64,000 nt of DNA. Origin: Scyliorhinus canicula (Eukaryota). The translations under genes were made by a program, and so were the position numbers. Shown one piece after another: positions 27,157 to 40,685 of the stretch (the stretch's first letter is position 1; the number at the start of each line of letters is the position of its first letter). The stretch spans positions 240,139,827 through 240,203,826 of the forward strand of contig NC_052146.1 of assembly GCF_902713615.1 (NCBI RefSeq). The letters are read 5' to 3'. Below the pieces are notes generated by a model that saw only the letters and a list, made by a program, of their open reading frames with translations, had not been told where the DNA came from and did not search any database.

Positions 27157-28139
27157 GGTGAAGGCCCCGAACAATACCCTTTATTTATGCATTCCTGAAT
27201 AGGGGTGTTCTCATGCATTCCTCTCCATTCTGTGAATGCAAATCTCACATCCCCTTGCAAATCTCACAACAAATAGAGGGATGTGGTGGAGTTAAAGTTG
27301 CAATAAAACTTTTGTACAGATTATACCACAGCAAAACATAACTCCATTTGTTATGTTCTCACTGAATCTTCCCTGGGACCTCTGAAAATATGCTTTTATC
27401 TACAGTGACTTTCTTTTCAATCCAAGCCAATATTTCCTATTCATCTGGCATGAAGGCATCAAAGAGGATCAACATCCCCTCTAATTATTTTGTTGCTTGT
27501 TGCCAATTCATTTACGGGTGCAAGACCTTGACATTCTTTTGGTGCGGTTGTGCGTGTGTTGTAACTTGCACTAATGGAGCTGCGTGGGAATGTCTGGGTT
27601 GCGGATGCACACCTCAGAGAGAACATTGGTTTGGATGTGATGGAGCCAAAAGAATCATTATTTGTGCCATTCCAGCTATGTTGCGATATAAGGCAGTATT
27701 TCACATCCCCTGAGTGATGTGAATACATTCCTAAAGACACCAGTGATATTACAATCCTCTGTAATCAATCAGTCCTGTTATCGCCAGTACAAAAAAACCC
27801 ATTCCACTCTCAAGGCAGTGCACATTAAGTTAGTGACTGTTCTCGTTGCCATATTTTTCAGTGTCTGCACCAATGTTTGATGCTCAGAAAGCATCTTTCT
27901 TTTATAAGGAGGTTCACTAAGCTCCAAAACTGTGGGTTTGCAAGTTGAGTTAAGAATGCCAGCTGGCCTTCTGGTCAGCATGTTGCTCCTACTATTAGGT
28001 CACCACCTCTACTCTTGTTTAATTGTGCCTTGTGTTTTCCCTCCTAGAGTCTCCTGTAGCTCGCTCGCTCTCAATCCACCATGGTACATGTCTGAGTTGC
28101 TGCTTGGGTATGTGCTGTAAAATGTATGGACAGATGTAC

Positions 28140-30110
28140 AAGAACAACTTGTATTTATACAATGCCTTTAACATTAAAAAATGTCCCAATATGCTTCACA
28201 GCAACATTATAAATCAAAATGTGGCCTGGAATCTTCGAGATATTACAGCAGGTGACCAGACGTTTGCCCAAAGAGGCAAAGTGCATGCTAAAGGAGAAAA
28301 GCAAGGTCGAGGAACAAAAAGCTCCTTGACAGGTGAAGGCATTGCTATTGGTGGCGGAGTGATTAAAATCAGGGATGCTCGTGAAGCAGATATCTGTGTG
28401 GTTTATAAGGCGAGAAGAGATTAAGGAAATATGGAGGAATTTCAAGACGAGGATGAGAATTTTATAATTTAGTTGCTTGACCAGGAGCCACTGTAGGTCC
28501 TCAAGCCTGGGGGTGCTGGGTGAACAAGACTTGGTGCATGTAAGATCATGGGCAGAAGAAGGTGAATGTTTTCAGAGGGTAGACTGTGAGAGACCAGTCA
28601 GTAGAGCATTGAAGACTAGTCTGGAGGGAACAAAAGCATGAAGGTTTTCAACAGTAAAGGAGCTGAGACATGGGCTGTGTCCAGTAACGTCACAAAGGTG
28701 GAAATATGCAGTCTTCGTGATGGTGTGAATATGTGGTCAGAAGCTCATCACTGGTTCAAACATGACAATGTGGTGAACAGAATGGTCCAGCCTCAGACAG
28801 TGACCACGGAGAGGAATGGAGTTGGTGGCTAGGAAGCAGCGGTTCTGAGGGAGATGAGGTTAATGGCTTTTGTCTTCCTAATATATAGGTGGGGGAAGTT
28901 TCTGCTCATTTGATAATGGATTTCTGTCAAGCAGTCTGAAAATTTAGAAAAAGTGGAAGGTTTGAAAGAGGTGGTTGTGCGGTAGGGCTGGGTGTCGTCA
29001 ATGTACTTTTGGAAAGGGAGACTGTTTTCCGATGATGTCACCAAGGGGCATGCAGATGAGAAGTAGAAGGTAGCCAGGTATAGATCACTGGGGAATATCA
29101 GAGGTAACTGTGCAGGAGCAGGAAGAGAATACAGTGCAAATGATTATCTGGTTACAATTAGAGAAGTTAGCAACCAGATGAATGTACAACTGGCTGACAG
29201 TGGAAAGGCATTGGATAAAGATGGTGTAGCCAACAGTGTTAAGGTTACCAAAGGTAAAAGCCAGATTGCAAAGTATAAGGAACAATAGTTTAACTTAGTC
29301 ACAGTCACATAGAATGTCATTTGTGACTTCAGTAGGAGCCACTTTGGGACTTGACAGGAGCAGAAACTTGTTTGGAGGAATTCAGAGATAAAAGTTCTGG
29401 GATGGACACGGATTTGAGAGGTTACAGCACGTTCAAGAGTGAAGACGTTCTGGAGAGGGGATGGTTGGCTGAAAGGACATTAGGGTCAAGGGTTGTTTCT
29501 TTGGGTGATGATGATAGATTATGGGAGAGGGGCCAGAACATAGCATGGTTGGCTAGGATAAGGTAAGGGAATGGCAGAAACAGCTGTTCGCTGTATCAAA
29601 GACAAAGATGTCTTTGAGGTCTTTGCATTTCTTGTTCGAGGTGAGGAGATAGGGGAGAGGGGGTTGCAGTAGAGAAAAGACGAGCACATAGAACATAGAA
29701 CAGTACAGCACAGAACAGGCCCTTCGGCCCTCGATGTTGTGCCGAGCAATGATCACCCTACTCAAACCCACGTATCCACCCTATACCCGTAACCCAACAA
29801 CCCCCCCCCTTAACCTTAAGGAGTGGGGGTGTGACATGTTTTGCTTTACAGGGTGATGCTAGGGTAATGAGTAGTTTTGGCATAGGAGAGCAGGGCCTGA
29901 TAGTGCCATGTATGGTCCAGACAGAGTTGGCAATGATTGGAAAAATGTCTGCCATTCAATTCCATGCCCCTTGGACTTTAGGAAGTGAAGGTGAGAGCTG
30001 TAAGAGGGAGACCGGCTCGAGAGAGATGGGAATAGGGGCATCAAAGGTAAAGGTGAGGGTATAGCTGAACAGAGTGGTAACCGTGAAATGTGACGGTGAA
30101 TAGAGGGCCT
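28140..30110 (-). mobile_element. Degraded L2 LINE (with a SINE tail fragment at 29687-29816)
   Basis: YIDDTQ RT motif (L2-type YADDTQ) in ORF 28829-29044 and an L2-like 3' end near 28150. Confidence 0.7.
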
Positions 30111-31051
30111 AAGACTAACAGTTTGGATCTTGAAAGTACAGTTGTAAGTGAATCAGGAAATGTTTCTGAAGTCTACAGATAGTGGTTCAGAGCATGCCAA
30201 AGGGCTTTGTTCTGAAATCAAGGGTTATGCTCAATTGCTCCTGGACATTAATGCAGTAGTTTGCACCTCTCTTGGCCTACAGGATGTCAAGGTGAACAAG
30301 CAGAGGTGACATTGAACAAGTGGCGGGGGGTGGGGTGCTTTTAGAAGGAGGCCATATTTTCCCAGCAGGTCACAAAATATTTTTTCGAGGGCTATTTTTG
30401 AGATTTTCTTGAGGGCTACTTTTGATTTATGGGGTTATGTTTTTCCTTTACAGAGGCTCCTTTTCCATTCTCACCCAGCTCCTTTATTGGGTGGTACAGT
30501 CAATTAATAATATTACTTTTGATATTTGTATTTGACATGGGTATTTGGACCCATATGGAACCAAATTTGGAAAAATCAACAATATTCTCAATAATCATCA
30601 CCCCTACATTAAATTTAAAAGCCACACCACACAAGAAAACATTAAATTCTTGGATACCACATTATTTATATTGTCATAATAAAACAACAGGCAAATGTTA
30701 GCAACAAAAGTTTTTTGATTCAAAGTAACTGACTCACACCACAGTACACAAAAAGCCATCACCTTAAACATACCTTCCACAGATGCATGAGGTCACAGTC
30801 AATGTGGTTCATTGCATATGCACAAAGCTGAAGATTTTAACCAGGCACTACACGCCTTTACGCAGAATCTCAGATCTCAATCTCTGAATTAAATGTAATA
30901 ATTGATATAGCACCTGTATGGATCCAGCATCAATTGCTGTTCGCAGAAGAAAATTTCAAATTTTTACCACCCTTTGTGTGTTTCCTAATTTCACTGCTGA
31001 AAGACCTGGTTCTAATTTTTAGATTATACTCCCTAGTCCTAGACTCACCCA

Positions 31052-31337
31052 TGGGCGGAAAAGTGGTTAGCACTGTTGCTTCGCAGCACCAGGGTCCCAG
31101 GTTTGATTCCCGGCTTGGGTCACTGTCTGTGCGTTCTCTCCATGTCTGCGTGGGTTTCCTCCAGGTGCTCCAGTTTCCTCCCACAAGTCCCGAAAGACAT
31201 GTTGTTAGGTAATTTGGACATTCTGAATTCTCCCTCCGTGTTCCCGACCAGGCGCTGGAATGTGGCGACTAGGGGCTTTTCACAGTAACCTCATTGCAAT
31301 GTTAATGTAAGCCTACTTGTGACAATAAAGGTTATTA
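31052..31337 (+). mobile_element. tRNA-derived SINE
   Basis: Same subfamily as 16698-17000. Confidence 0.88.
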
Positions 31338-32399
31338 AATTAATTGATTACTCACCTTGTTACATTCCTTCATTCCAAAAGTGACTGCATTTCCTAAATA
31401 TTTAATTGTCTGCAAAGCACTTTGGAGTGTCCTAAGGTCATAAAAAGCATTACACAGAAACAATTCATTACTGGCTGGGTACTCAGTATATTCAAATGGT
31501 TACATGTTTATATCTAACACAGTCACTGCACCTCAAGTAATTCACTGTATCCGAAAGACTTGAGATGTTGTAATACATAAATGAATTATTTTCTTTTAGA
31601 TAAAACCCTTGTATTATTTATCCAATTAGTGTTTATTGCAATAAGATCTATATTTTGCCCCCATTCAGTGGTTCTTGAAGTGGTGCAGCCTTAAGCTTGG
31701 GATTCCACACATGCATGTGTAAATAATTCATCACCTCAGTGACTTTAAGTTTTCCAGGCTGAGTTTTCCTTTGTTGACAGGACGGTTATCTCACCCTCAT
31801 AGCGACTCGTCTTTGCACTATCTCTCCGTTGCAGCCTCTTCCCTCTTGCAGACAGTCCCCTTTGTCACCGGTTATATTACAGGGCTGTAATATATATGTT
31901 ACTCATTTGTCTTGCCACGTTATACTTAACTTGATGATAAACAGTCGAAGTCTTCCAGTTGATGACAAATTATTTATTGAGGAACAAAGTAATATACTTG
32001 TGAGTTCTTTACTTTAATACTTTGAATAGTAGTAGAATTAACTAAGATTGAATTAAACTAACAATGAATATAATGCACTACACTCTAAGCTGGTCACACT
32101 TCTATCCTTTAGCTACAACACACACAAAGAGAAGAAGAAGAAGAGTGGGAAAACTGCTTGAGCTTGCTTATTTAGCCCCTGTTAGTGTTGCCATCCAGTG
32201 ATTATCTAACAGTACTGATTGCACGTTAACTAATCATGTATTTACATATACAGAGGTCACTACATCCCCCTTTTTTGTGTTACATTTTTCTATATCAACG
32301 ATAAAGAAAATTGTACATTAGAAATGAAGTATTCTGTCATGCATTGTACATCAGTTATGAATCAATCAGTCAAATGTTCATAGGTTTAAACGATTCGGT

Positions 32400-35300
32400 T
32401 TTCTTAGTCGTCGACTTGAATTCTTAATTTGCTTGGAGAAGTGGACACTTTAATGTTCACTTTGAACAGGTTGTTTGACATTCACAAATTCACTTAAAGA
32501 TTGATGTAAATTCAAAGTTGGAAAATACAGGCTGATGAATTTGCACTTTCAAAAGGTCACGCCTTCTAATCAATCCACCTTCTGCAGTTTTGGTTATGTC
32601 GGAGCATGGTGATATTTGACGAATAACCATAGCAGTATCAGACCATCCTCCATCAGGATGTCTGATTCTACAATGTCATCTGCTGTTAGAGGTTTTAGTG
32701 GTTTTGCGTGCATGTCATAATAACGTTGTTGCTTTTTACGTTGCTGTTGAATTCTTTTCAGCACGCCCATCTTTACTTTAATACTTTGACTGGTAGTAGA
32801 ATTAACTAAGATTAAATTAAACTAACAATGAATATAATACACAACACTCTAAGCTGGTCACACTTCTTTTTTTTTTTAAATTTAGATTAGCCAATTCTTT
32901 TTTCCAATTAAGGGGGCAATTTAGCGTGGCCAATCCACCTACTCTGCACATTTTTGGGTTGTGGGGGCGAAACCCACGCAGACACGGGGAGAATGTGCAA
33001 ACTCCACACGGACAGTGACCCAGAGCCGGGATCGAACCTGGGACCTCAGCGCCGTGAGGCGGTTGCGCTAACCACTAGGCCACCGTGCTGCCCTAGCTGG
33101 TCACACTTCTAACCTCTAGCTACAACACACACAAAGAGAAGAAGAAGAAGAAGAGCGGGAAAATGATCGGGATCGTCAACTTGAATCTTTGGTAGTGTTG
33201 TTCTTATTTCACAATTGTGCAACATTTGAGTTGGGGATAAACCTGAATTTAACGGAGAAGCTCTGTATTATAGTAAATCCAAGTAAAAATCCAATTGTGA
33301 ATCACTTGCTTTGCTTAACAATTGCTTCACAAAGTGTACACCTTTTTCCACTTTTCCATTTGATTGAGGAAAATGCGGACTTGAGGTAATGTGGTTGAAA
33401 GTATATGTTCTTGAGAATTCCATTCATTCCCAGCTTGCAAAGCACGGACCATTATCTGACATAACAGTTTGCCGGTTGATGCCGTTGAAACGTTGGACAC
33501 AACATTATCATCTCTGCGATGTCTTCATTTATTCCCGGCCAATACGCAGCTTGTGTAGCTCTCATTTTGCACTTCTTGATTCCAAGATGCCCTTCATGAA
33601 TTTGCTGAGCATTTCTGACCTGAGGGTTAGTGGAATGACAATCCTGTCATTTCTTAAGAGTAAGCCATCTACCACAGTAAGTTCTGCTTAAATGCTTTGA
33701 TACTGAGGACAGTGTCCTTTTAGCCACCCATGCTGTAGATAACTCTAAGCAAGGTTACATCTTCTTGTGTTTCATCACGTATCTGCTTCTACTTCTCATC
33801 AGATGCAGGAAGGGTTTCTTTATATAAGTGCAGTTGAGCTTCTACATCATTGATGGATTTGAACGGTAGATTATCAGTATTTATGGATTTTGATAGTGTA
33901 TCTGCTTTTTCGAGATCTTTGCCAGTAGTATAGATTAATGTAAAATCATACCTCCTCAACTTCATCATCATTCTCTGTAATCTTGGTGTCATATCATTGA
34001 GGCTTTTCTCCATATTTACTAGAGGTCGATGATCAGCCTCAACTATGAACTTAGGTAAACCATACACATGGTCATGAAACTTAGTGATGCATGTGATCAG
34101 TCCAAGACATTCTTTTTCTATTTGCGCATACCTGCACTCAGTGGCAGTCATCGCTTTAGACGTGTATGCTACAGGAACCCAATTTGTCTGGTTGTCTTGT
34201 TGAAGTAAGACTGTACCAATTCCACCTTGACTTGGGTCTGTCGAGATTTTTGTGGTCTTGGTCGGATCAAAGAAATTTAAAGTTGGAGCTTTCATTAATT
34301 GCTGTTTGATGTCCAGCCATTCTGCCTGGTGGTGTGGAGTCCAATCAAACTCAGTATTCTTTCTGATCAAGTTTCGTAGAGCAACAGTTCTCGCAGATAA
34401 GTTGGAAATGAATTTCCATAGGAAATTTATGAATCCAAGAAATCTAAGTACAGCTTTCTTGTCTTTTGGTTGCTGTATTTTCTGTGTGACTGATAGCTTT
34501 TCTTTATCCGGTCTGACATCTTTCGCTGAAATGGTATCACCTAAAAAATTCAAAGACGAGGTAGCAAAAGTACATTTAGATTGGTTCAATTTTATACTAT
34601 ATTGATGTATTCGGTGAAATACTTTTCTTGGCCTTGCAATATGTTCTTCCTCAGTATTTGACCAAATAATAATGACGTCCACATAGATTCTGACACCTTC
34701 TATGTTTTCCGTCATCTGCTCCACGATTCGGTGAAAAATCTCTGAGGCGGAGATGATCCCGAAGGCATTCTATTAAAACAGTACCTTCCAAATGGCATGT
34801 TGAATGTACAGAGTAGTTTTCTGAAGTCCTCGAGCTGCATCTACCAAAAACCTTGTGATGCGTCTAATTTTGTTAAAATGTGAACGTTTGACATCTCAGA
34901 AGTAATTTCTTCTCGTTTGGGAATAGGGTAGTGTTCCCTACGGATGTTCTTATTTAGATCTTTGGGATCCATGCAGATTCTGAGATCTCCTGAAGGTTTT
35001 TTGATGCAAACCAATGAGCTGACCCAGTCAGTCGGTTGTGTGACTTTGGAAATTATGCCTTGAGATTGTAATCTCTGCAATTCATCTTTTAATCTCTCTT
35101 GTAGAGGTGCTGGAACTCTTCTTGGTGGATGTATGATGGGTTTTGCATTCTTTTTGAGCAACATTTTGTATTGGAATGGCAATGTGCCCATTCCGCAATA
35201 CACTTCAGGGTGTTCACTTAGTAGTTGTTGGATGTCTTATTCCAGTCGTGATGTCTCATTTGTGTGCATGAAGATTCTTTGGATTAACTGCAACTCCTTG

Positions 35301-35560
35301 CATGCTTGAGCACCTAATAAAGAAGCTTTGTGATCATCCAGTTTCCAAAATGTTTTCTGCACTTCCTTGTTGACAACTTATAAATGGCACGTTTCCTTGT
35401 GACACAATTTGGTTACCATTATAATCTTTTAACTTGCATATCGCAGGTACTATCTTGTAATCTCCTTGGAATGATGTGACATCTTTGCAAGTCATCAAGT
35501 TGGCGGAAGCACCAGTGTCAAGCTTGAATAATATCGGGCTGTTTTTCACATGTACTGTCG
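32400..35560 (-). pseudogene. Gypsy pol (PR-RT-RH-IN), multiple stops/frameshifts
   Basis: ORF fragments 35334-35549, 34841-35203 and 33789-34724, plus integrase remnants. Confidence 0.9.
32868..33094 (-). mobile_element. Young HE1-like SINE
   Basis: 16-bp TSD AGCTGGTCACACTTCT (32852-32867 / 33095-33110) and A-tail. Confidence 0.92.
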
Positions 35561-36860
35561 TTGTCCATTCACTGTTGTTGTCAATGAAGTTAATTCAATA
35601 AGGATCCTTTGATGTTGATTGAAGATCTTCCAGTGTGTCAATGATGCCAAAAAAAGATGTATTTTCCAGAGAAAAATAGTTATCATCTTCTGAGAAATAT
35701 ATTTTTGAATTATTGTGTTCCATTCTATCGATGGATCGAACATTGAAATATTGTTTCTGTGTTGTACTGGGATAAATTGCTGTTGATTTACACTGAGAAG
35801 CGAAATGGTTAAATTTTGAGCACTTTAAACACCTTTTTCCTTGAAGTGGGCGTTACCACATCTATAGCACATCATGGCGCCGCCTCTCTGACTCATGAGT
35901 GACGTTCGCGCATGCGCTGACTTCTTCTGTTGAGCCTTGCATTTCTGAACAAACTGCGCATGTCCCGAGCTGGAGTGTGCACATGCAAGATAGTTGCCAT
36001 CTTGAAAGTGCTTCTTTGCTGCCTGCGACACCATTTTAACATTCTCAACCTCGTGGTGGATTTTCAAGCCCTTTACCTGGTGACAAAATTCCAAGTGTTG
36101 ATTTCTGCTTTACTCATGTGATATACATTTTTCAATCGCTATTTTCAGAGTTTTAAAAAAAATGTTTTTATTCTCCTCCTTTTTCACAATTTTTCTCCAG
36201 AATTTACACCCACCAACAACAAACAATAATCAACAACAAATATCTCAAACCACATAACAATAACAACGATCCCATCCTCCCACCATGCCCAGACATCAGC
36301 CCGCATGTTAACATAAACAAATAACAAAAAAGGAATCAGGGATTACCCATAGCCATCTTTAACATACATAGCCCCCCTCCCCCCCAACCCACCACCCCCC
36401 CCCCCCCCCCCCCCCCCCCAACTAATGTTCGATGTTATCCAGTTCTTGAAAGTGCATAATAAATAGTGCCCATGACTTGTGGAACCCCCTCCGAGCTTCC
36501 CCTCAATTCAAACTTAACCTTCTCAAGGGTCAAGTATTCCAACAGGTCTCCTCGCCATGCCAGGGCACAGGGTGGAGAGGCTGCTCTCCATCCCAGCAGG
36601 ATCCGCCTTCGGGCGATCAATGAGGCGAAGGCTATGATATCTGCCTTCGCACTCGTTTCCAACCCTGGCTGGTCCGACACCCTGAATATGGCCTCCCGGG
36701 GACCCAGGTCCAGTTTCACACGCACCACCTTGGAAATTACCCTAAACACCTCCTTCCAGTACTCCCCTAGCTTTGATGTGGAGATGCCGGCGTTGGACTG
36801 GGGTGAGCACAGTAAGAAGTCTTACAACACCAGGTTAAAGTCCAACAGGTTTGTTTCAAA

Positions 36861-36895
36861 CACGAGCTTTCGGAGCACGGCTCCTTCTTCAGGTG
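36861..36895 (-). ncRNA. Minimal hammerhead ribozyme motif in inverted pLTR
   Basis: Exact reverse complement of 37585-37619. Confidence 0.75.
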
Positions 36896-37584
36896 AATGG
36901 AAAGGCTTGTTCCAGAAATGTTTATTAAATGCAAATTACCCAGCCTTCAGAACAGCAACCACAACACCACAAAACCCTGCCAGGGTAATCTCTGCAAGAC
37001 ATGCCAGATCATCGACATGGACACCACCATTACACGTGGAAACACCACCCACCAGGTACGCGGCGCATACTCGTGCGACTCGACCAATGTAGTCTACCTC
37101 ATACGCTGCAGGAAAGGATGTCCCGAAGCGTGGTACATTGGCGAGACCATGCAGACACTGCGACAACGAATAAACGGGCATCGAGCGACTATCAACAGGC
37201 AGGACTGTTCCCTTCCAGTTGGGGAACACTTCAGCAGTCAAGGACATTCAGCCTCTGATCTCCGGGTCAGCATTCTTCAAGGAGGCCTTCAGGAGACGCG
37301 ACAACGCAAAATTGCTGAGCAAAAACTTATAGCTAAGTTCCGCACGCATGAATGCGGACTCAACCGGGATCTGGGATTCATGTCGCATTACATTCGGCCC
37401 CCACCAACAAGCCTGGACTTGCAGAGGCCTACCGACTGAACTGGCTTGGGACAATTCACACCTCTTTAACCTGGAGTTACCTCTCTCTCTGCATCTTTGA
37501 TGATTTGATTGCCTGCAGGTGCTCGCATTCCGGGGCATCTCTGACTGTGTCTATATAAACATTTCTGGAACAAGCCTTTCCATT

Positions 37585-37619
37585 CACCTGAAGAAGGAGC
37601 CGTGCTCCGAAAGCTCGTG
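37585..37619 (+). ncRNA. Minimal type I hammerhead ribozyme motif in 5' pLTR
   Basis: CAC-CTGAAGA-a-GGAGC(cgt)GCTCC-GAAA-GCTC-GTG: conserved core, 5-bp stem II, palindromic AGCT stem III, CAC/GTG stem I. Predicted cleavage after C37616. Confidence 0.8.
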
Positions 37620-37705
37620 TTTGAAACAAACCTGTTGGACTTTAACCTGGTGTTGTAAGACTTCTTACTGTGCTCACCCCAGTCCAACGCCGGCATCTCC
37701 ACATC

Positions 37706-40422
37706 ATGGCTACCATTGACACCGCAAACTGCCGGCTCAAAGTGGAGAGGATCTCCAGGAAGATCGCGCATATAGACACTGACATTCAGTTTCTACAAAG
37801 ATGCAAAAAAGCAGACAAGATCCCGAAAGGACTACAGATCAAAAACCCACTCAAGTCGACTTACAACACAGACTACGCTGAAAGACTCTGCCACCGCACC
37901 TCTGTCACACTCCTCAAACACCTCGTACACCAACTCTACAGCAGTCGACGCAACCTGGAAACCAAGAGAGAGGCCATATTCTCAACTTGCGCTCAGGACA
38001 CAGCAGACCAGCTGCGGAACACCGCCAAACAGATGAGACAGCAATACTATGCCACCTACATGCACACCAAGAACAGGAAGCTTGAGAAACTTGGCATCAC
38101 CACCAGCAGCAATCAAGCTTCTCCCGGTACAACAGTCGAAAACAATACAGGGAAATCCATTGTCAACTTGTCAGACTACACCCTTCAACCAGACGAAATC
38201 GAAGTCCTCAGCAGAGGGCTCAATTTCTGCACCACCACCAAAATGGACCCCATCAGTCTCGCGGCAGATACGGAGGAATTCATCAGGCGAATGAGGCTCC
38301 GGGAATTCTTCCACAGACCCCAAGAGGCCGACAGCGATCCAGGGACACGACCAATGAACCGGAACAGCAGACCGCGAGATCTGCAGTGCAGCAACCGAAA
38401 AGGAAAGAGTCAAATTGGACCCCTCCGGAAGGCCGCTGCCCTAGACTCGACATGTATGCTCAAGCCGTCAGAAGTCGTGTCAATGCCAGATTCATCACTC
38501 GCAATCACAAGGCAGCCTCAAACGTCACCCAAGCACAACGCAACGCCATCCGCACTCTCAAGACCAACTGCAACATCGTCATCAAACCAGCAGTCAAAGG
38601 AGGGGCCACCGTCATACTGAACAGAACAGACTACTGCAAAGAAGTATACCGACAACTCGACAACCAGGAACACTACAGGCAGTTACCCGCAGATCCAACC
38701 AAGGAACACATCCGCCAACTCAGCAGACTGATCAAGACCTTAGATCCAGACCTTCAGAACACCCTACGTGCTCTCATCCCACGTAATCCCCGCATTGGAG
38801 ATCTCTACTGCCTCCCGAAAATACACAAGGCCAACACACCAGGCCATCCTATCGTTTCAGGCAATGGGACCCTGTGTGAGAACCTCTCTGGCCACATCGA
38901 GGGCATCTTGAAACCCATCGTACAAGGTACACCCAGCTTCTGTCGCGACACGACGGACTTCCTACAGAAACTCAGCACCCATGGACCAGTTGAACCAGGA
39001 ACATTCCTCGTCACAATGGATGTCTCGGCACTCTACACCAGCATCCCCCACGACGACGGCATTGCTGCAACAGCCTCAGTCCTCAACACCGACAACTGCC
39101 AATCTCCAGACGCAATTCTGCAACTCATCCGTTTCATTCTAGACCACAACGTCTTCACCTTCGACAACAAATTCTTCATCCAGACGCACGGAACAGCCAT
39201 GGGGACCAAATTTGCACCTCAATATGCCAACATCTTCATGCACAAGTTTGAACAGGACTTCCTCACCACACAGAACTTTCAACCGATGCTATACACCAGA
39301 TACATCGATGACATTTTTTTCCTTTGGACCCACGGCGAGACATCACTGAAACGACTACACGAGGACATCAATAAGTTCCATCCCACCATCAAACTCACCA
39401 TGGACTATTCTCCAAATTCAGTTCCATTCTTGGACACACTCGTCTCCATCAAGGACGGTCACCTCAGCACCTCGCTTTACCGCAAGCCCACAGATAATCT
39501 CACGATGCTCCACTTCTCCAGCTTTCACCCGAAACACATTAAAGAAGCCATCCCCTATGGACAAGCCCTCCGTATACACAGGATCTGCTCAGACAAGGAG
39601 GAGCGCAACAGACACCTACAGATGCTGAAAGATGCCCTCGTACGAACGGGATATGGCGCTCGACTCATTGATCGACAGTTCCACCGCGCCACAGCAAAAA
39701 ACCGCACCGACCTCCTCAGAAGACAAACACGGGACACCACTGACAGAGTACCCTTCGTCGTCCAGTACTTTCCTGGGGCGGAGAAACTACGACATCTTCT
39801 TCGCAGCCTCCAACACATCATCAGCGAGGATGGACATCTTGCCAAGGTCATCCCCACACCCCCACTACTGGCCTTCAAACAACCGCGCAACCTCAAACAA
39901 ACCATTGTTTGCAGCAAATTACCCAGCCTTCAGAACAGCAACCACAACACCACAAAACCCTGCCAGGGTAATCTCTGCAAGACATGCCAGATCATCGACA
40001 TGGACACCACCATTACACGTGGAAACACCACCCACCAGGTACGCGGCGCATACTCGTGCGACTCGACCAATGTAGTCTACCTGATACGCTGCAGGAAAGG
40101 ATGTCCCGAAGCGTGGTACATTGGCGAGACCATGCAGACACTGCGACAACGTATAAACGGGCATCGTGCGACTATCAACAGGCAGGACTGTTCCCTTCCA
40201 GTTGGGGAACACTTCAGCAGTCAAGAACATTCAGCCTCTGATCTCCGGGTCAGCATTCTACAAGGAGGCCTTCAGGAGACGCGACAACGCAAAATTGCTG
40301 AGCAAAAACTTATAGCTAAGTTCCGCACGCATGAATGCGGACTCAACCGGGATCTGGGATTCATGTCGCATTACATTCGGCCCCCACCAACAAGCCTGGA
40401 CTTGCAGAGGCCTACCGACTGA
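37706..40422 (+). CDS. Penelope RT + GIY-YIG endonuclease polyprotein (~900 aa), single frameshift near 38340
   Basis: ATG 37706 (MATID); LSRGLNF, LYCLPKIHK, MDVSALYTSI, GTAMG, YIDD; Cys linker CQGNLCKTC; GIY-YIG-type VVYLIRC...WYIGET...R.NGH...E...GLN. Split across ORFs 37670-38620 and 38386-40422. Confidence 0.92.
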
Positions 40423-40650
40423 ACTGGCTTGGGACAATTCACACCTCTTTAACCTGGAGTTACCTCTCTCTCTGCATCTTTGATGATTTGATTGCCTGCA
40501 GGTGCTCGCATTCCGGGGCATCTCTGACTGTGTCTATATAGTAAGAAGTCTTACAACACCAGGTTAAAGTCCAACAGGTTTGTTTCAAACACGAGCTTTC
40601 GGAGCACGGCTCCTGTCTATATAAACATTTCTGGAACAAGCCTTTCCATT

Positions 40651-40685
40651 CACCTGAAGAAGGAGCCGTGCTCCGAAAGCTCGTG
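40651..40685 (+). ncRNA. Minimal hammerhead ribozyme motif in 3' pLTR
   Basis: Identical to 37585-37619. Confidence 0.8.

Noticed and set aside
27300-28100. Possible very old Gypsy gag remnant on minus
   Set aside because: Only faint motif resemblance; not supportable without an alignment.
36897-37439. Stand-alone 180-aa GIY-YIG nuclease gene
   Set aside because: It is the 5' partial repeat of the Penelope element; its ATG comes from the inverted pLTR junction.
37706-40422. Selenocysteine recoding or programmed frameshift in the Penelope ORF
   Set aside because: No in-frame TGA before the terminal stop and no slippery site at the frame change.
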